In this document: positions 1 through 11,186 of the stretch, in pieces
Layout: every line of letters begins with the position of its first letter
Numbering within the stretch: the stretch's first letter is position 1
Origin: Planctomycetota bacterium
GTDB taxonomy: Bacteria; Planctomycetota; UBA1135; UBA2386
Direction of reading: 5' to 3'
DNA: 64,000 nt
NCBI GenBank assembly: GCA_016794035.1
Contig: JAEUHS010000016.1
Location: forward strand, 6,536 to 70,535
Notes under the pieces: generated by a model
Told to the model about the DNA's origin: nothing
Databases searched by the model: none
What the model saw: the letters and a program-made list of their open reading frames with translations, nothing else
Position numbers and translations under genes: made by a program

Positions 1-2271
<2,271 letters not shown>

Positions 2272-2275
<4 letters not shown>

Positions 2276-3459
2276 CGGCCGGCTCCGCGCGGGGCCAACT
2301 CGCGCAGGCGCAGCGCCTCCTCGACGAGCACGTGGGCTGCGGCGTCCGCCTCGGCGTGCGTCGTCGTACCGCAGAACGACAGCCGCACCACTTCGCGCGC
2401 GGCGCGCCGGTCGAGGCCGATCGCCGCCAGCACCGGATTGCCGGGGTGGGCATCGGCAGCCGCGTGGTCCGCGGCCGTGTGGCAGGCCGAACCGGTCGAG
2501 AACGCGACGCCGCGCGCATCGCAGCGTTCGAGCAGCGTCTGGCCGACGACGCCTGGCAGGCGCAGCGACAGGATGTGCGGCAGGTGGCGTTCGGGATGGC
2601 CGAGACGCATCGCGTCCGGCATCGCGGTCAGGACCTGCTCGAGCACGAGGTCGCACAGCTGCCGCATGTGCGCCGCGTGGGCGGACTGGTGCGTCAGCGC
2701 GGCCTCGGCCGCGACGGCCATGCCGACGGCGCCGGCCACGTTCTCGGTGCCGCCGCGCAGCCCGGACTCCTGGCCGCCGGCCAGCAGCAGCGGCTTCAGC
2801 TCGGCGGTGCTCGACAGCGCCAGGAAGCCGGCGCCGCGCGGACCGTGGAACTTGTGGCCCGACACCGCGACCGAGTCGACGCCGACGTCGTCGAGTTCGA
2901 ACGGCAGCTTGCCGTAGGTCTGCACGAGGTCGACGTGCACGTGCGCGGCGGGGGCGGTGCGGCGCACCAGTTCGACCAGGTCGCCGAGTCGGCACAGCGT
3001 GCCGAGTTCGTTGTGGCCGTACATCAGCGCCACGACGCGCACGTCCGTGCCCAGCGCATCGAACAGCGTCTCGGGCAGCAGGTCGCCGTGCTCGGTCACC
3101 GGCAGCGCCGTCACGTGGTGTCGCCAGCGCGACAACAGGCCGGCACATTGCAGCAGGGCGGGATGGTCGCCCTGCGACATCAGCACGCGCCCCGGCGCCC
3201 GGGCGGCGGCGCTGCCGACGATGCCGAGCTGGTCGGCCTCGCTGCCGCCGGAGGTGAACACGATCCGAGCGGCCCCGAGGGTGCCGCGCAGGAACTCGCG
3301 GGCGTCGTCGAGGGCCTTCTTGGCCGGCGGGCCGAACGAGTGGGCGCTGCTCGGGTTGCCGAAGCAGGCGAGCTGGGTGTCGGCCATGGCCTCGACCACC
3401 GCCGGCAGCGGCCGGGTCGTCGCCGCGTTGTCCAGGTAGATGCGCCGGTCTCCGGTCAT
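2272..3459 (-). CDS. cysteine desulfurase / class V aminotransferase (NifS/IscS-like)
   Basis: Motifs IYLDNAATT, NPSSAHSFG, SGGSEADQ, SGHKFHGPRGAGF (PLP lysine), GGTENVAG and STGSAC (active Cys). Start trimmed from TTG 3522 to ATG 3459 (MTGDRRIYLDNAATT). The stop overlaps the mutS GTG (GTGA at 2272-2275). Confidence 0.88.
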
Positions 3460-3558
3460 CGTCGGATCATCCTGAATCGGGACCGCCGTCGCCAGCGGTC
3501 CCGGGAACCCAGCGGCAGCCAACCCAAGTCTGACCCGGTCCGGACCGATAGGAGTCGC

Positions 3559-4422
3559 ATGTGGCTATGGGTCGGCATCGGCTGGGGGGCGCTGGCGTTG
3601 GGGTTGGCGTGGATCCACCACCGCCTCGGCCGCGCGCAGGGCGGCTATCCGCCCGAGGTCGCGGCGTTCCTGCTGCGGCTCGAGACCGAGCTGGCGGCCG
3701 CGCATCCGGACGTGCAGTTCCTCGGCATGCTGCCGGATCGCTTCGCCTGCCTGCTGCGGGTCGACGGACAGGAGACGCCGGTCGGCCTGCACGAAGCCTG
3801 GCGCCACTCGCAGGCGTTCCCCGACGCGTTCTCGCGCATGGTCGCTCGGCTGCTCGCCGATGTCGGCGAGAGCGGACTCGATCGGGTGGGTGACGTCGAC
3901 TTCGCCGACGCGGCGCCGCTGCTGATGCCGCAGGTGCGCAGCCGGGCGTGGGTCGACGCACAGGGAGCCTTCGGCGATGCGGCGCTGGTCCAACGGCCGC
4001 TCAACCACGATCTGGTCACGGTCTACGTGATCGACGATCCGCACTGCATGGTGTTCGTCTGCCGGGAGCACCTGCGTCGCTGGCGCAAGAGCGAGGCCGA
4101 CCTGCACAACCTCGCCGTGGCGAACCTGGGCCGGCTCGGCGGCGATGTGATCGACGGACAGGCGGCGAGCCGGGAACCGATGGTGCTGCAGTCGGGCGAC
4201 GGCTTCGACGCGGCGCGCGTGCTGCTGCTCGAACAGGCCGAGGGGCTGCTCGTCGCGATTCCCGATCGCGACACCCTGTGGGTCGGTCCGGCCCAGGGGC
4301 AGAACCTCGAGCAGTTGATGGCGACGACCGAGGCGATCGCCCGGCAGTCCTCGCACCCGGTGTCGGCGAGCCTCTACCGGGTCACGGACGGTCAGCTCGC
4401 ACCGCTGTCAGAGTCGGTGTGA
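3559..4422 (+). CDS. hypothetical protein with N-terminal membrane anchor (possibly UPF0354/DUF1444-like; family is a guess)
   Basis: This is the real 3' part of ORF 2332..4422. ATG 3559 is preceded by GGAG at 3551-3554. A TM helix (MWLWVGIGWGALALGLAWIHH) is followed by a soluble domain of balanced composition. Confidence 0.6.
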   Translation: MWLWVGIGWGALALGLAWIHHRLGRAQGGYPPEVAAFLLRLETELAAAHPDVQFLGMLPDRFACLLRVDGQETPVGLHEAWRHSQAFPDAFSRMVARLLADVGESGLDRVGDVDFADAAPLLMPQVRSRAWVDAQGAFGDAALVQRPLNHDLVTVYVIDDPHCMVFVCREHLRRWRKSEADLHNLAVANLGRLGGDVIDGQAASREPMVLQSGDGFDAARVLLLEQAEGLLVAIPDRDTLWVGPAQGQNLEQLMATTEAIARQSSHPVSASLYRVTDGQLAPLSESV

Positions 4423-5137
4423 GCACGACCGCACCGGCGCGCGGCACTTCGAAGCGCTGGCGCCTGGTCGCATCGATCGGGTCGACCAGTTCGTAGGCGC
4501 CGGCGCCCAGCAGCACCGTGGTCGGTGCGCCTGGCAGGATCTCGATCCCGGTCGCGGCATGGAACATCGGCAGCCACTGGGCATCGTCGCAACGCGACAG
4601 CCGCAGCGGCCCCGCCCGGCCGGCGGCGTCCGGCAGCACGATCTGCACGCTGTCGACGACGACGGGCAGGTCCACCAGTGTCGGGGTTCCCGCGGCCGCA
4701 GGTCCGATCTCGACCGAGGTGCGGGCGAGATAGCTGTGGCGCGCCCACTCGGGCGCCGCCGCCAGCGCCACCTGCAGATCGCCGCGCACCCTCGTCGTCG
4801 ACTGCAGCGTCAGGCTGCCGTCGGCTCCCGGCTCGCCGCCGTCGAGCGGCAGCCAGGTGAACTCGGCGCCCGTGCGGGCATCGTAGATCGCGACGCCGGC
4901 CCCGCGCAGCGCCGCCGGGACCGCTGGGATGCGGATCGCGACCGTCGCGACGGAGGTGGCCCGCGAACCGGCGGCGGGCAGCGCGTTGCGCGCGAACTCC
5001 GGCGCGGCCGGCAGGCGCTGCGGCGGCGGCGGCTGCACGATCGGCGCGATCGGGCCGAGCGACCCGTCCGGACCGGCATCGCGCCGCAACGCCAGCAGAC
5101 CGGCCCAGCCAGCGACGCCGACGCACGCGGCGAGCAC
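4382..5137 (-). CDS. hypothetical membrane-anchored beta-rich protein
   Basis: Protein-like composition with GTG at 5137. The hydrophobic helix continues upstream to CTG 5173, with GGAG at 5178-5181. It is in the same frame as the upstream 979-aa gene, separated by a single TAA. Confidence 0.55.
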   Translation of the reverse strand: MLAACVGVAGWAGLLALRRDAGPDGSLGPIAPIVQPPPPQRLPAAPEFARNALPAAGSRATSVATVAIRIPAVPAALRGAGVAIYDARTGAEFTWLPLDGGEPGADGSLTLQSTTRVRGDLQVALAAAPEWARHSYLARTSVEIGPAAAGTPTLVDLPVVVDSVQIVLPDAAGRAGPLRLSRCDDAQWLPMFHAATGIEILPGAPTTVLLGAGAYELVDPIDATRRQRFEVPRAGAVVLTPTLTAVRADRP

Positions 5138-5200
5138 CAGGGCGATCAGCAGGGAGGCGAGGAAGCGGATCAGATGACTCCAGGCGACGGGCGGCGTATC

Positions 5201-8140
5201 TTAGCGCGGTTGCGCCTGCCTTGGCGCAGGAACGTTCGCGGGCGTCGCGCCGGTTGCGTCCTTGCGTACCGGTCCCGCCAGGACCGTGATCGGCGTGGTC
5301 CCGCCGGCGCCGACGACGATCGGCTGGCTGGTGCGCTCGCGGCCGCGCACGTTGACCACCAGCAGGTAGCTGCCCGGCTGGATCGCGTCGAAACGGAACT
5401 CGCCGTTCTGCAGCCGTGCGTCGAACGATGGGTGCTCGCGCTGCCAGGCGGCAAGGTCCTCGGGCAGGGCGTCGAGGCCGGGCAGCAGCGATACACGGCC
5501 GACCAGTTCCTTGACGTCGCCACCGTCGTCGCGGCCGACACTGCCGGCGATGCCGACGGTCTGCAGCGTCAGCTGGCGCTCGGTCGTCGCGTTGGCGATC
5601 ACCTGCACGCTCTCCTCGTGCAGCAGGCCGCCGCGACGCCCGCTCTGGATCCGGAGCCGGTAGGTGCCCGCGGGTACGTCCTCGATGCGGAAGCGGCCCG
5701 ATGCGGCGACAGTCGCCTGCTGGGTGCGGTTGCCCCACATGCCACGGCCACCGGGGCCACCGGGGCCGCCACCGCGCGGGCCGTTGGCGTCGCCGTTGCC
5801 GGTGTCGGCGGTCGCGCCGCTGTCCTCGCGCGTCAATTCGACCTGCAGGCCGGCGCCCGGCGCGCCGTTGTGCAGTACCGAGCCGGCGACCACGCCGACC
5901 TCGGCGCGTTGCACGGCGACGTCCCATCGCGTCTCCTCGCCGCTGCGCACCGCGACGTCGGCCGTCAGCGTGCCGGCGAACAGTTGCGGCCCCAGGGTGC
6001 GCATCAGTTCCTGCGGCGAGCCGATCCAGCTGCGCACCACGTAGTCGCCGGCCTCCAGGCCATCGATGCGGTAGGAGCCGTCGGCCTGGATGGTACCGGT
6101 GCGGAACGGGCCGCCGCCGCCCTGGCCGCGACCGCGGAACATGCCGGGCCCGCCGTCGCCCATGTTCGTCGGCACGGCGGCGATGCGCGCTTCGGCGTGT
6201 TCGCCTTCGGCGAGTCCGCGCACGTGGCCGACGATCGCGCCGAGCGTGCCGAGCCGCAGCATCACGCCGGAACGATCGTTCGCCAGCTCGAACGGCTCGA
6301 TGCTGGCGTCGGCGTAGCCGTCGGCATCGGCCTGCAGGCGGTAGCTGCCGCGCGGCACGTGTTTGAGCACGAACTCGCCGTCGACGTTGGTGGTCACCTC
6401 GATGTTCAGCTGTGCCCCGGCGAACTGCCGCGCGAAGGTGCGGCCGATCGCCTGGAGGTCGGGCGTGCCGCCGTCGGCGGTCGCGTTGCGGCCGGGGCGG
6501 ACCGGGGCCGGCGTGCGCAGCGAGACGTGCGCGTTGGCGATCGGGATGTCGCGCTCGTCGCGCACGATGCCGGCGACGTAGATGCCGCGATCGAGCACGA
6601 TGCGCAGCTCCGGCGCGGCGTTGCCGAGGCGGAGTTCCACCTCCTCGGAGCGGTAGCGCGCGTGCTCGGCCGACTGCACGTGTAGTTCGTAGACGCCTTC
6701 CTGCAGGCCCGGCACCTCGAAGCGGCCCGCGGGGTGTGCTTCGGCCGGGCCGAGGTCGCGCGCACCGCCGCCGCCCTGCCGGCCGCCGCCGCCACCCTGG
6801 CGACCGCCCCCGTCCTGGCGACCGCGCCGTGGGTCGTCGGCGCCGCCGCGGAACTGCTCGATCTGCGCCCGGATCGCCTCACGATCCGTGTCGCTGAGGT
6901 CGCCGCTCCGCATGCGCGCGAACAGTTCGGCGGGGTCCGTCGCTGCCATGCCCGGCACGGGCAGGCCGCGCAGGCGCACGGCGCGCACGGCGAACGCAGA
7001 CACCGGGGCACCGTCTGCGTCGAGCACGGTCCCGGTGATCCGCAGGCCGTCCAGCAGCGTCACCAACAGCGGCTGGCCAAGCCTGGGGTCGACCTGCTCG
7101 ACCTGGTACGGCAGGTAGCCGTCGGCGCGCACGTCGAGCCGCAGCGGCACGCCGGGCAGGTGCTCGAGGAAGAACCGGCCCTGCTCGTCGGTCGTCGCCC
7201 GGTGGTCGCGGCCGCCGGGACCCCGGCCGCCGTCGCGCGCGCCGCGCAGCGTCACGATCGCCTTGGCCACCGGCCGGTTGTCCATGCGGGTCACGATGCC
7301 GGTCACCTCGAAGCCCGGCCCGAGGCGGATGTCGTCGAGTTCGAGGGTCTGCTCGTTCTCGACCGCGAACACCGACGAGCGACCCTCGGTGTGCATCTTC
7401 GCCTCGGCGGCGACCGACCAGTCGCCGGCACTGACGTTCGGGCGGCGGAAGAAGCCGTTGTTGTCGGTCGTCGTGTCGGCCAGCAACTGCTCGCGGTCGC
7501 GCAGGAACCGCATGCGGTTGCCGTTCTCCGGCTGGAGCTTGACGGTTGCGCCGGGGATGCCGTTGCCCTCGAGGTCCGTGACGCGTCCGACCAGTTCGCC
7601 GCCGCGCTCGATCACCAGGTCGCCGAGGTCCACTTCCCCCTCGACGTCGCCGACGTCCTTCTCGAACAGGCCCGGTGCGTGGCCGGCGTGCAGCACCTGC
7701 AAGGAGACCCGCAGCGAGCGGAACGCCTGCCCCTGGAACGCGAAGCGGCCCTGCGGATCGGTCTGCACCGGATCGGGCACGCGCCGCTGCCGGCCGACCT
7801 GGCCACCCCGCGGGCCGCCGCGGCCGAAGTCGAGCCAGACGCTGGCATCGGCCTGGCCGGCGCCGAAGCGATCGACGACCCGGCCGCGCAGCACCACGGC
7901 GACGCGCGATTCGTCGCCGCGCACGATGTCACCGGCGGCGGCTTCCAGTTCGATGCGTTCGACGCCGGCGTCGCCGCCGGGGATCGACTCGGGGGCGGGC
8001 CGTTCCACCTCGACCTCGTCGCGTTCGGACCAACGCATCGGCGGCGTCTGCTCGTCGGCGAAGAACTGCGGCACCATGAGTCCACCGGTGGCGAGCAGGA
8101 TCAGGGCTCCGACCAGCAGAACGAGGCTATGTTTCGGCAT
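5201..8140 (-). CDS. large signal-anchored protein with ~8 tandem carboxypeptidase-regulatory-like (CarboxypepD_reg-type) beta-sandwich domains and Gly/Arg-rich loops
   Basis: N-terminal anchor LVLLVGALILLATGGLMV. Eight repeats follow the pattern G.V.D..G.P...A.V.L ... TD..G.F......G.Y.L.V..G (e.g. LVGRVTDLEGNGIPGATVKL...TTTDNNGFF, VTTNVDGEFVLKHVPRGSYRLQADADGY). Confidence 0.78.
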   Translation of the reverse strand: MPKHSLVLLVGALILLATGGLMVPQFFADEQTPPMRWSERDEVEVERPAPESIPGGDAGVERIELEAAAGDIVRGDESRVAVVLRGRVVDRFGAGQADASVWLDFGRGGPRGGQVGRQRRVPDPVQTDPQGRFAFQGQAFRSLRVSLQVLHAGHAPGLFEKDVGDVEGEVDLGDLVIERGGELVGRVTDLEGNGIPGATVKLQPENGNRMRFLRDREQLLADTTTDNNGFFRRPNVSAGDWSVAAEAKMHTEGRSSVFAVENEQTLELDDIRLGPGFEVTGIVTRMDNRPVAKAIVTLRGARDGGRGPGGRDHRATTDEQGRFFLEHLPGVPLRLDVRADGYLPYQVEQVDPRLGQPLLVTLLDGLRITGTVLDADGAPVSAFAVRAVRLRGLPVPGMAATDPAELFARMRSGDLSDTDREAIRAQIEQFRGGADDPRRGRQDGGGRQGGGGGRQGGGGARDLGPAEAHPAGRFEVPGLQEGVYELHVQSAEHARYRSEEVELRLGNAAPELRIVLDRGIYVAGIVRDERDIPIANAHVSLRTPAPVRPGRNATADGGTPDLQAIGRTFARQFAGAQLNIEVTTNVDGEFVLKHVPRGSYRLQADADGYADASIEPFELANDRSGVMLRLGTLGAIVGHVRGLAEGEHAEARIAAVPTNMGDGGPGMFRGRGQGGGGPFRTGTIQADGSYRIDGLEAGDYVVRSWIGSPQELMRTLGPQLFAGTLTADVAVRSGEETRWDVAVQRAEVGVVAGSVLHNGAPGAGLQVELTREDSGATADTGNGDANGPRGGGPGGPGGRGMWGNRTQQATVAASGRFRIEDVPAGTYRLRIQSGRRGGLLHEESVQVIANATTERQLTLQTVGIAGSVGRDDGGDVKELVGRVSLLPGLDALPEDLAAWQREHPSFDARLQNGEFRFDAIQPGSYLLVVNVRGRERTSQPIVVGAGGTTPITVLAGPVRKDATGATPANVPAPRQAQPR

Positions 8141-8291
8141 GAGCAGGCGTGGGTGGGCGTGGCGCCGCGAAGGGCGCTATTACGGCACGCCCTGGCCGTT
8201 GCCGACAGCAAGTGGCTGTAACGACTTCGCACTCGGCCGCGGCCGGGAGGCGGCGACCGTCGTGCACCGCCGCTGCGAACGACCTCTCGGC

Positions 8292-9596
8292 CTATGGGCC
8301 GAACACCAGCACCTGCGCGGAACTCGACCCGAGGATACCGCTGCTCGACAGCAGCGCCACCTGGGCCGTCGCGGGCACGGGCACCACGAAGCCGGGGTTC
8401 CAGAACGTCACCGACAGCGTGCCGTCGGCGGCGAACGGCGCCGGCTGCAGCAGCGGCGTGTTCGCGAGCACGAGGCGCCAGTGCAGCGGCTGCTCGAACC
8501 CGGCCACCGCGAAGGTACCGTTGCCCGGTGTCGCATCGAGCGCGATGGCCAGCAGGCCCAGCCCGTTGGCCGGGCCGTCGACGACCTGCAGCGTGACGTT
8601 GCCGCTCGGGATCGGCGCCGGCCCGACCGGCGTCAGCTGCGCGCGCCGCGGCGTCACGAAGCGCAGGGTGCTGGTCGCGACGAAATCGGTCTCGAACACC
8701 ACGAGCGTGCCGCCGACCGGCTGGAACGGCTCGAACACGGGCGCGCTGCCACTGGCGAGGAACTGTACCGCCGCGGCGCCCGCTGCGGCGCCGTACGAGA
8801 GCAGCGGCGCCGACCGCCACGGCGCGGGTCCGTCGACGTCGTTCAGTTCGCCGAGCGTGTTCTGGAACCAGTCGGTGAACAGCAGGTCGCCGTCGTCGTC
8901 GAGACAGATGTCGGCTGCGGCGTCGAGTCCCGCGAACACGAGGTCCGCGTCCGCGAGGCCCAGCACGGTGCCCTGTTGCCGCGCCGCGTCGACGACCGGG
9001 CGGCGGAAGCGCAGCACCGAGGTCTGCCCCGGCGGAGTCGGAAACGCCAGGCTGGCGGTCGCGTAGTAGACGTCGCCGTTGTCCGCGACCGCGACCGGTC
9101 CCGACGCGCCCGGCAGCGATGCCAGCTGCTGCACGGCGCCGGTCTGCAGGTCCAGCACCACGAGGTCGTTGTCGGGTGTGCCGAAGCCGCCGGTCTTGGC
9201 CGACACCAGCACATGCTGCGGCCCAAGCCGGGCGGCGTCGTAGTTGTAGACGATGTTCGCCAACGGCTGCGCCGGCGGCGGTCCCTGCAGCGGCACGAGC
9301 CACAGCCGGTTGGTGGTGTTCTCCGCGAACAACAGGTTGCCGGCGCCGACGTCCAGCGTGAACGAGCCGAACACGACCGTCGGCAGGTGCAGCAGGGACA
9401 GCGGTGGCTGGCCGGGTGTCGCGTGCCAGAGGTCGGTGCCGTCGAAGTAGACGAGGTCGCCGGCGGGCAGCGCCAGCGGGCTCGCCGCGGCGGCCGGCAG
9501 CGGCGTCTGTCGACTGTCGAGGCCCTCGGGAACCCGTTGGGCAGCGAGCGCGGGCCAGGTCAGGGCAGCGAGAAGCAGGTGGTTCAGCTCGTTCAT
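8292..9596 (-). CDS. secreted NHL/SMP-30-like beta-propeller protein with C-terminal beta-sandwich module (riboswitch-controlled paralog B)
   Basis: This is the real 3' part of ORF 8292..12188. ATG 9596 opens a signal peptide (MNELNHLLLAALTWPALAAQ). Propeller-strand motifs GPVAVADNGDVYYAT and DICLDDDGDLLFTDW. It lies 5 bp downstream of paralog A. Confidence 0.72.
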   Translation of the reverse strand: MNELNHLLLAALTWPALAAQRVPEGLDSRQTPLPAAAASPLALPAGDLVYFDGTDLWHATPGQPPLSLLHLPTVVFGSFTLDVGAGNLLFAENTTNRLWLVPLQGPPPAQPLANIVYNYDAARLGPQHVLVSAKTGGFGTPDNDLVVLDLQTGAVQQLASLPGASGPVAVADNGDVYYATASLAFPTPPGQTSVLRFRRPVVDAARQQGTVLGLADADLVFAGLDAAADICLDDDGDLLFTDWFQNTLGELNDVDGPAPWRSAPLLSYGAAAGAAAVQFLASGSAPVFEPFQPVGGTLVVFETDFVATSTLRFVTPRRAQLTPVGPAPIPSGNVTLQVVDGPANGLGLLAIALDATPGNGTFAVAGFEQPLHWRLVLANTPLLQPAPFAADGTLSVTFWNPGFVVPVPATAQVALLSSSGILGSSSAQVLVFGP

Positions 9597-9601
9597 GGGG
9601 A

Positions 9602-10975
9602 TCAGGGCAACAGGTCGAGGCGGATCACGGCGGCGCTGCCGACGTCGCCGGCGCCGAGGGCGTCCATCGCGACGACCTGCAGGTCGACGCGGCCCGGCGC
9701 GGAACCGGGATTCCACAGGGCGAAGTTCGCCGCACCGGCGGCGTCGAGCGCCGTGTCGGCGACCAGGAACGTGGTCGCCAGCGGCAGCGCCAGCCACAGC
9801 GGCGTGCCGTTCACGGTCGCGACGAGGGTCTCCGGGCCGCTGCCGGGCAGGCTCGCGAACGCGAACCCGAGGCCCAGCGGAGGCGCGCCGGTGACGTCGA
9901 CGGAGAACGGGCCGACGGGGACGCGGGTGCCGGTCGGCACGGTTGCGTGCGGGCGTGCCGACCGCAGTTGCCGCCACTCGTAGCGGGTGGCGAAGTCGCT
10001 GGTGCCGACGCCGAGCGCCGGGGCCGCGTCGGCGGGTTGGAAGCCGCGGAACGGCGCGCTGCCGTGCGGCTGGTAGTGCAGCGTCAGGGCGAATCGTCCC
10101 GGGCCGACGTCGAGGGTGGTGCCGACCGGCGACAGCCCGCCCGGCGCCGTGTGCACGACGACGCTGCTCGTCGGATCGGTGGCATGCAACCGCCCCTGGT
10201 CGTCGACGGCCAGATCGAACAGGCCGGTGTAGCCGGTGCCGATCGCGGTGACGTCGGCCATGGACAGGGTCGCGCCGGCGAGCGCCGCCGACACGCGGTT
10301 GGCGGGAATCTGCAGCAGGCGGATGGCGCCCGGGGGCGGCGGCACCGTCGGTCCCAGTTCGCCGACGACGAGATCGCCGTTCGCTCGTACGGCCAGCGGT
10401 GCCGACGGGCCGACGAGCGCCAGCACTTCCCGCGGGAGTCGACCCGGGCCGACCAGCCAGACTCCGCTGTGGGCGCCGGCCTGTGGCCACATGGGGTTGG
10501 CCGTCACCAGCAGGTCGGCGCCGAGCGCCGCCGCGTCGAAGGCGTTCGGTACGCCGGCGAACGTGCCGACGTGGCCGGCGACCGGATCGACCAGCAGCAC
10601 CTTGCCGCTGCGCAAGGCGCCGACCGCACACCGCCCGCCCGCGACGGGCACCAGGAAGGCGATGTCGTCGTTGCTGCCGAGGTCGAGCAACGGCCGCATC
10701 GTGGCCACCCGTTGCGCACCGGTCCGGAACAGCTGCTGCCGCACGGCCACGAGGTGCTCCTTCGCGTTCAGCACCAGGGCGCTGCGCACGAGCAGCGGTT
10801 GCGCCGTCTCGACGAACGATGTCGCGCAGCTCCAGCCGGGCGGCACGGTCGCCGCCTGCGCCGCCAGCGTCGCGCCGAAGCCGACGGCGGCCAGCGCGCG
10901 GCCGAGGCGCGCGAGCCGACGCGGTGCCACGGCGGGGGCGCCGGCACGCAGGTTCGGCGACCTGATGGCTGTCAT
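9602..10975 (-). CDS. secreted NHL/SMP-30-like beta-propeller protein with C-terminal beta-sandwich module (riboswitch-controlled paralog A)
   Basis: ORF 9602..11098 trimmed to ATG 10975, with SD GAGGTGG just upstream. Signal peptide MTAIRSPNLRAGAPAVAPRRLARLGRALAAVGFGATLAAQA. Motifs LFDLAVDDQGRLHATD and ANGDLVVGELG. The C-terminus parallels paralog B (FALWNPG vs TFWNPG). Confidence 0.72.
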   Translation of the reverse strand: MTAIRSPNLRAGAPAVAPRRLARLGRALAAVGFGATLAAQAATVPPGWSCATSFVETAQPLLVRSALVLNAKEHLVAVRQQLFRTGAQRVATMRPLLDLGSNDDIAFLVPVAGGRCAVGALRSGKVLLVDPVAGHVGTFAGVPNAFDAAALGADLLVTANPMWPQAGAHSGVWLVGPGRLPREVLALVGPSAPLAVRANGDLVVGELGPTVPPPPGAIRLLQIPANRVSAALAGATLSMADVTAIGTGYTGLFDLAVDDQGRLHATDPTSSVVVHTAPGGLSPVGTTLDVGPGRFALTLHYQPHGSAPFRGFQPADAAPALGVGTSDFATRYEWRQLRSARPHATVPTGTRVPVGPFSVDVTGAPPLGLGFAFASLPGSGPETLVATVNGTPLWLALPLATTFLVADTALDAAGAANFALWNPGSAPGRVDLQVVAMDALGAGDVGSAAVIRLDLLP

Positions 10976-11034
10976 GATCCACCTCGGCGTCTTGCGCGCC
11001 GCGAATGGGAACCGGAAGCGACGGCCATGTGGCC

Positions 11035-11185
11035 GTTCCTCGCGGATGTTCTGGCTCCCGGATCGGCCTACTGACCCGCCTTCCCAGGTCGCCGACACGG
11101 CGATCCCAGTGGCACTTGGGCGTTCGTTCCCGGTGACAGCTGCGGGACAGCGCCGGAATCACACCGGCTTCCCCGCGAGGAACCG
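11035..11185 (-). promoter_or_regulatory. cobalamin (B12) riboswitch aptamer, 5' leader of the 10975 gene
   Basis: Minus-strand read: cGGTTCCTCGCGGGGAAGCCGGTGTGATTCCGGCGCTGTCCCGCAGCTGTCACCGGGAACGAACGCCCAAGTGCCACTGGGATCGCCGTGTCGGCGACCTGGGAAGGCGGGTCAGTAGGCCGATCCGGGAGCCAGAACATCCGCGAGGAACgg. It carries the conserved core GGGAA.CCGGTG.GA.TCCGG..C.G.CCCGC..CTGT, plus GCCACTG, GGGAAGGC and a B12-box-like GAGCCAGAAC. A perfect 10-bp P1 helix (GTTCCTCGCG/CGCGAGGAAC) closes it. The aptamer ends 59 nt before the ATG. Not verified with a covariance model. Confidence 0.8.
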
Positions 11186-11186
11186 C

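Noticed and set aside
6730-6860. GGC/GCC/CCG-rich quasi-repeats that look like a DNA tandem repeat or CRISPR-like array
   Set aside because: They lie in frame within the 979-aa gene and encode one Gly/Arg loop (GRQDGGGRQGGGGGRQGGGGAR). There is no spacer/repeat periodicity and no cas genes anywhere in the window.
11110-11125. TGGCACTTGGGCGTTC on the + strand as a sigma-54 promoter for the Fe-S/BtuF-like genes
   Set aside because: There is no -12 TTGC. The hexamer is simply the complement of the conserved GCCACTG/AAGTGCCA element of the minus-strand cobalamin riboswitch.
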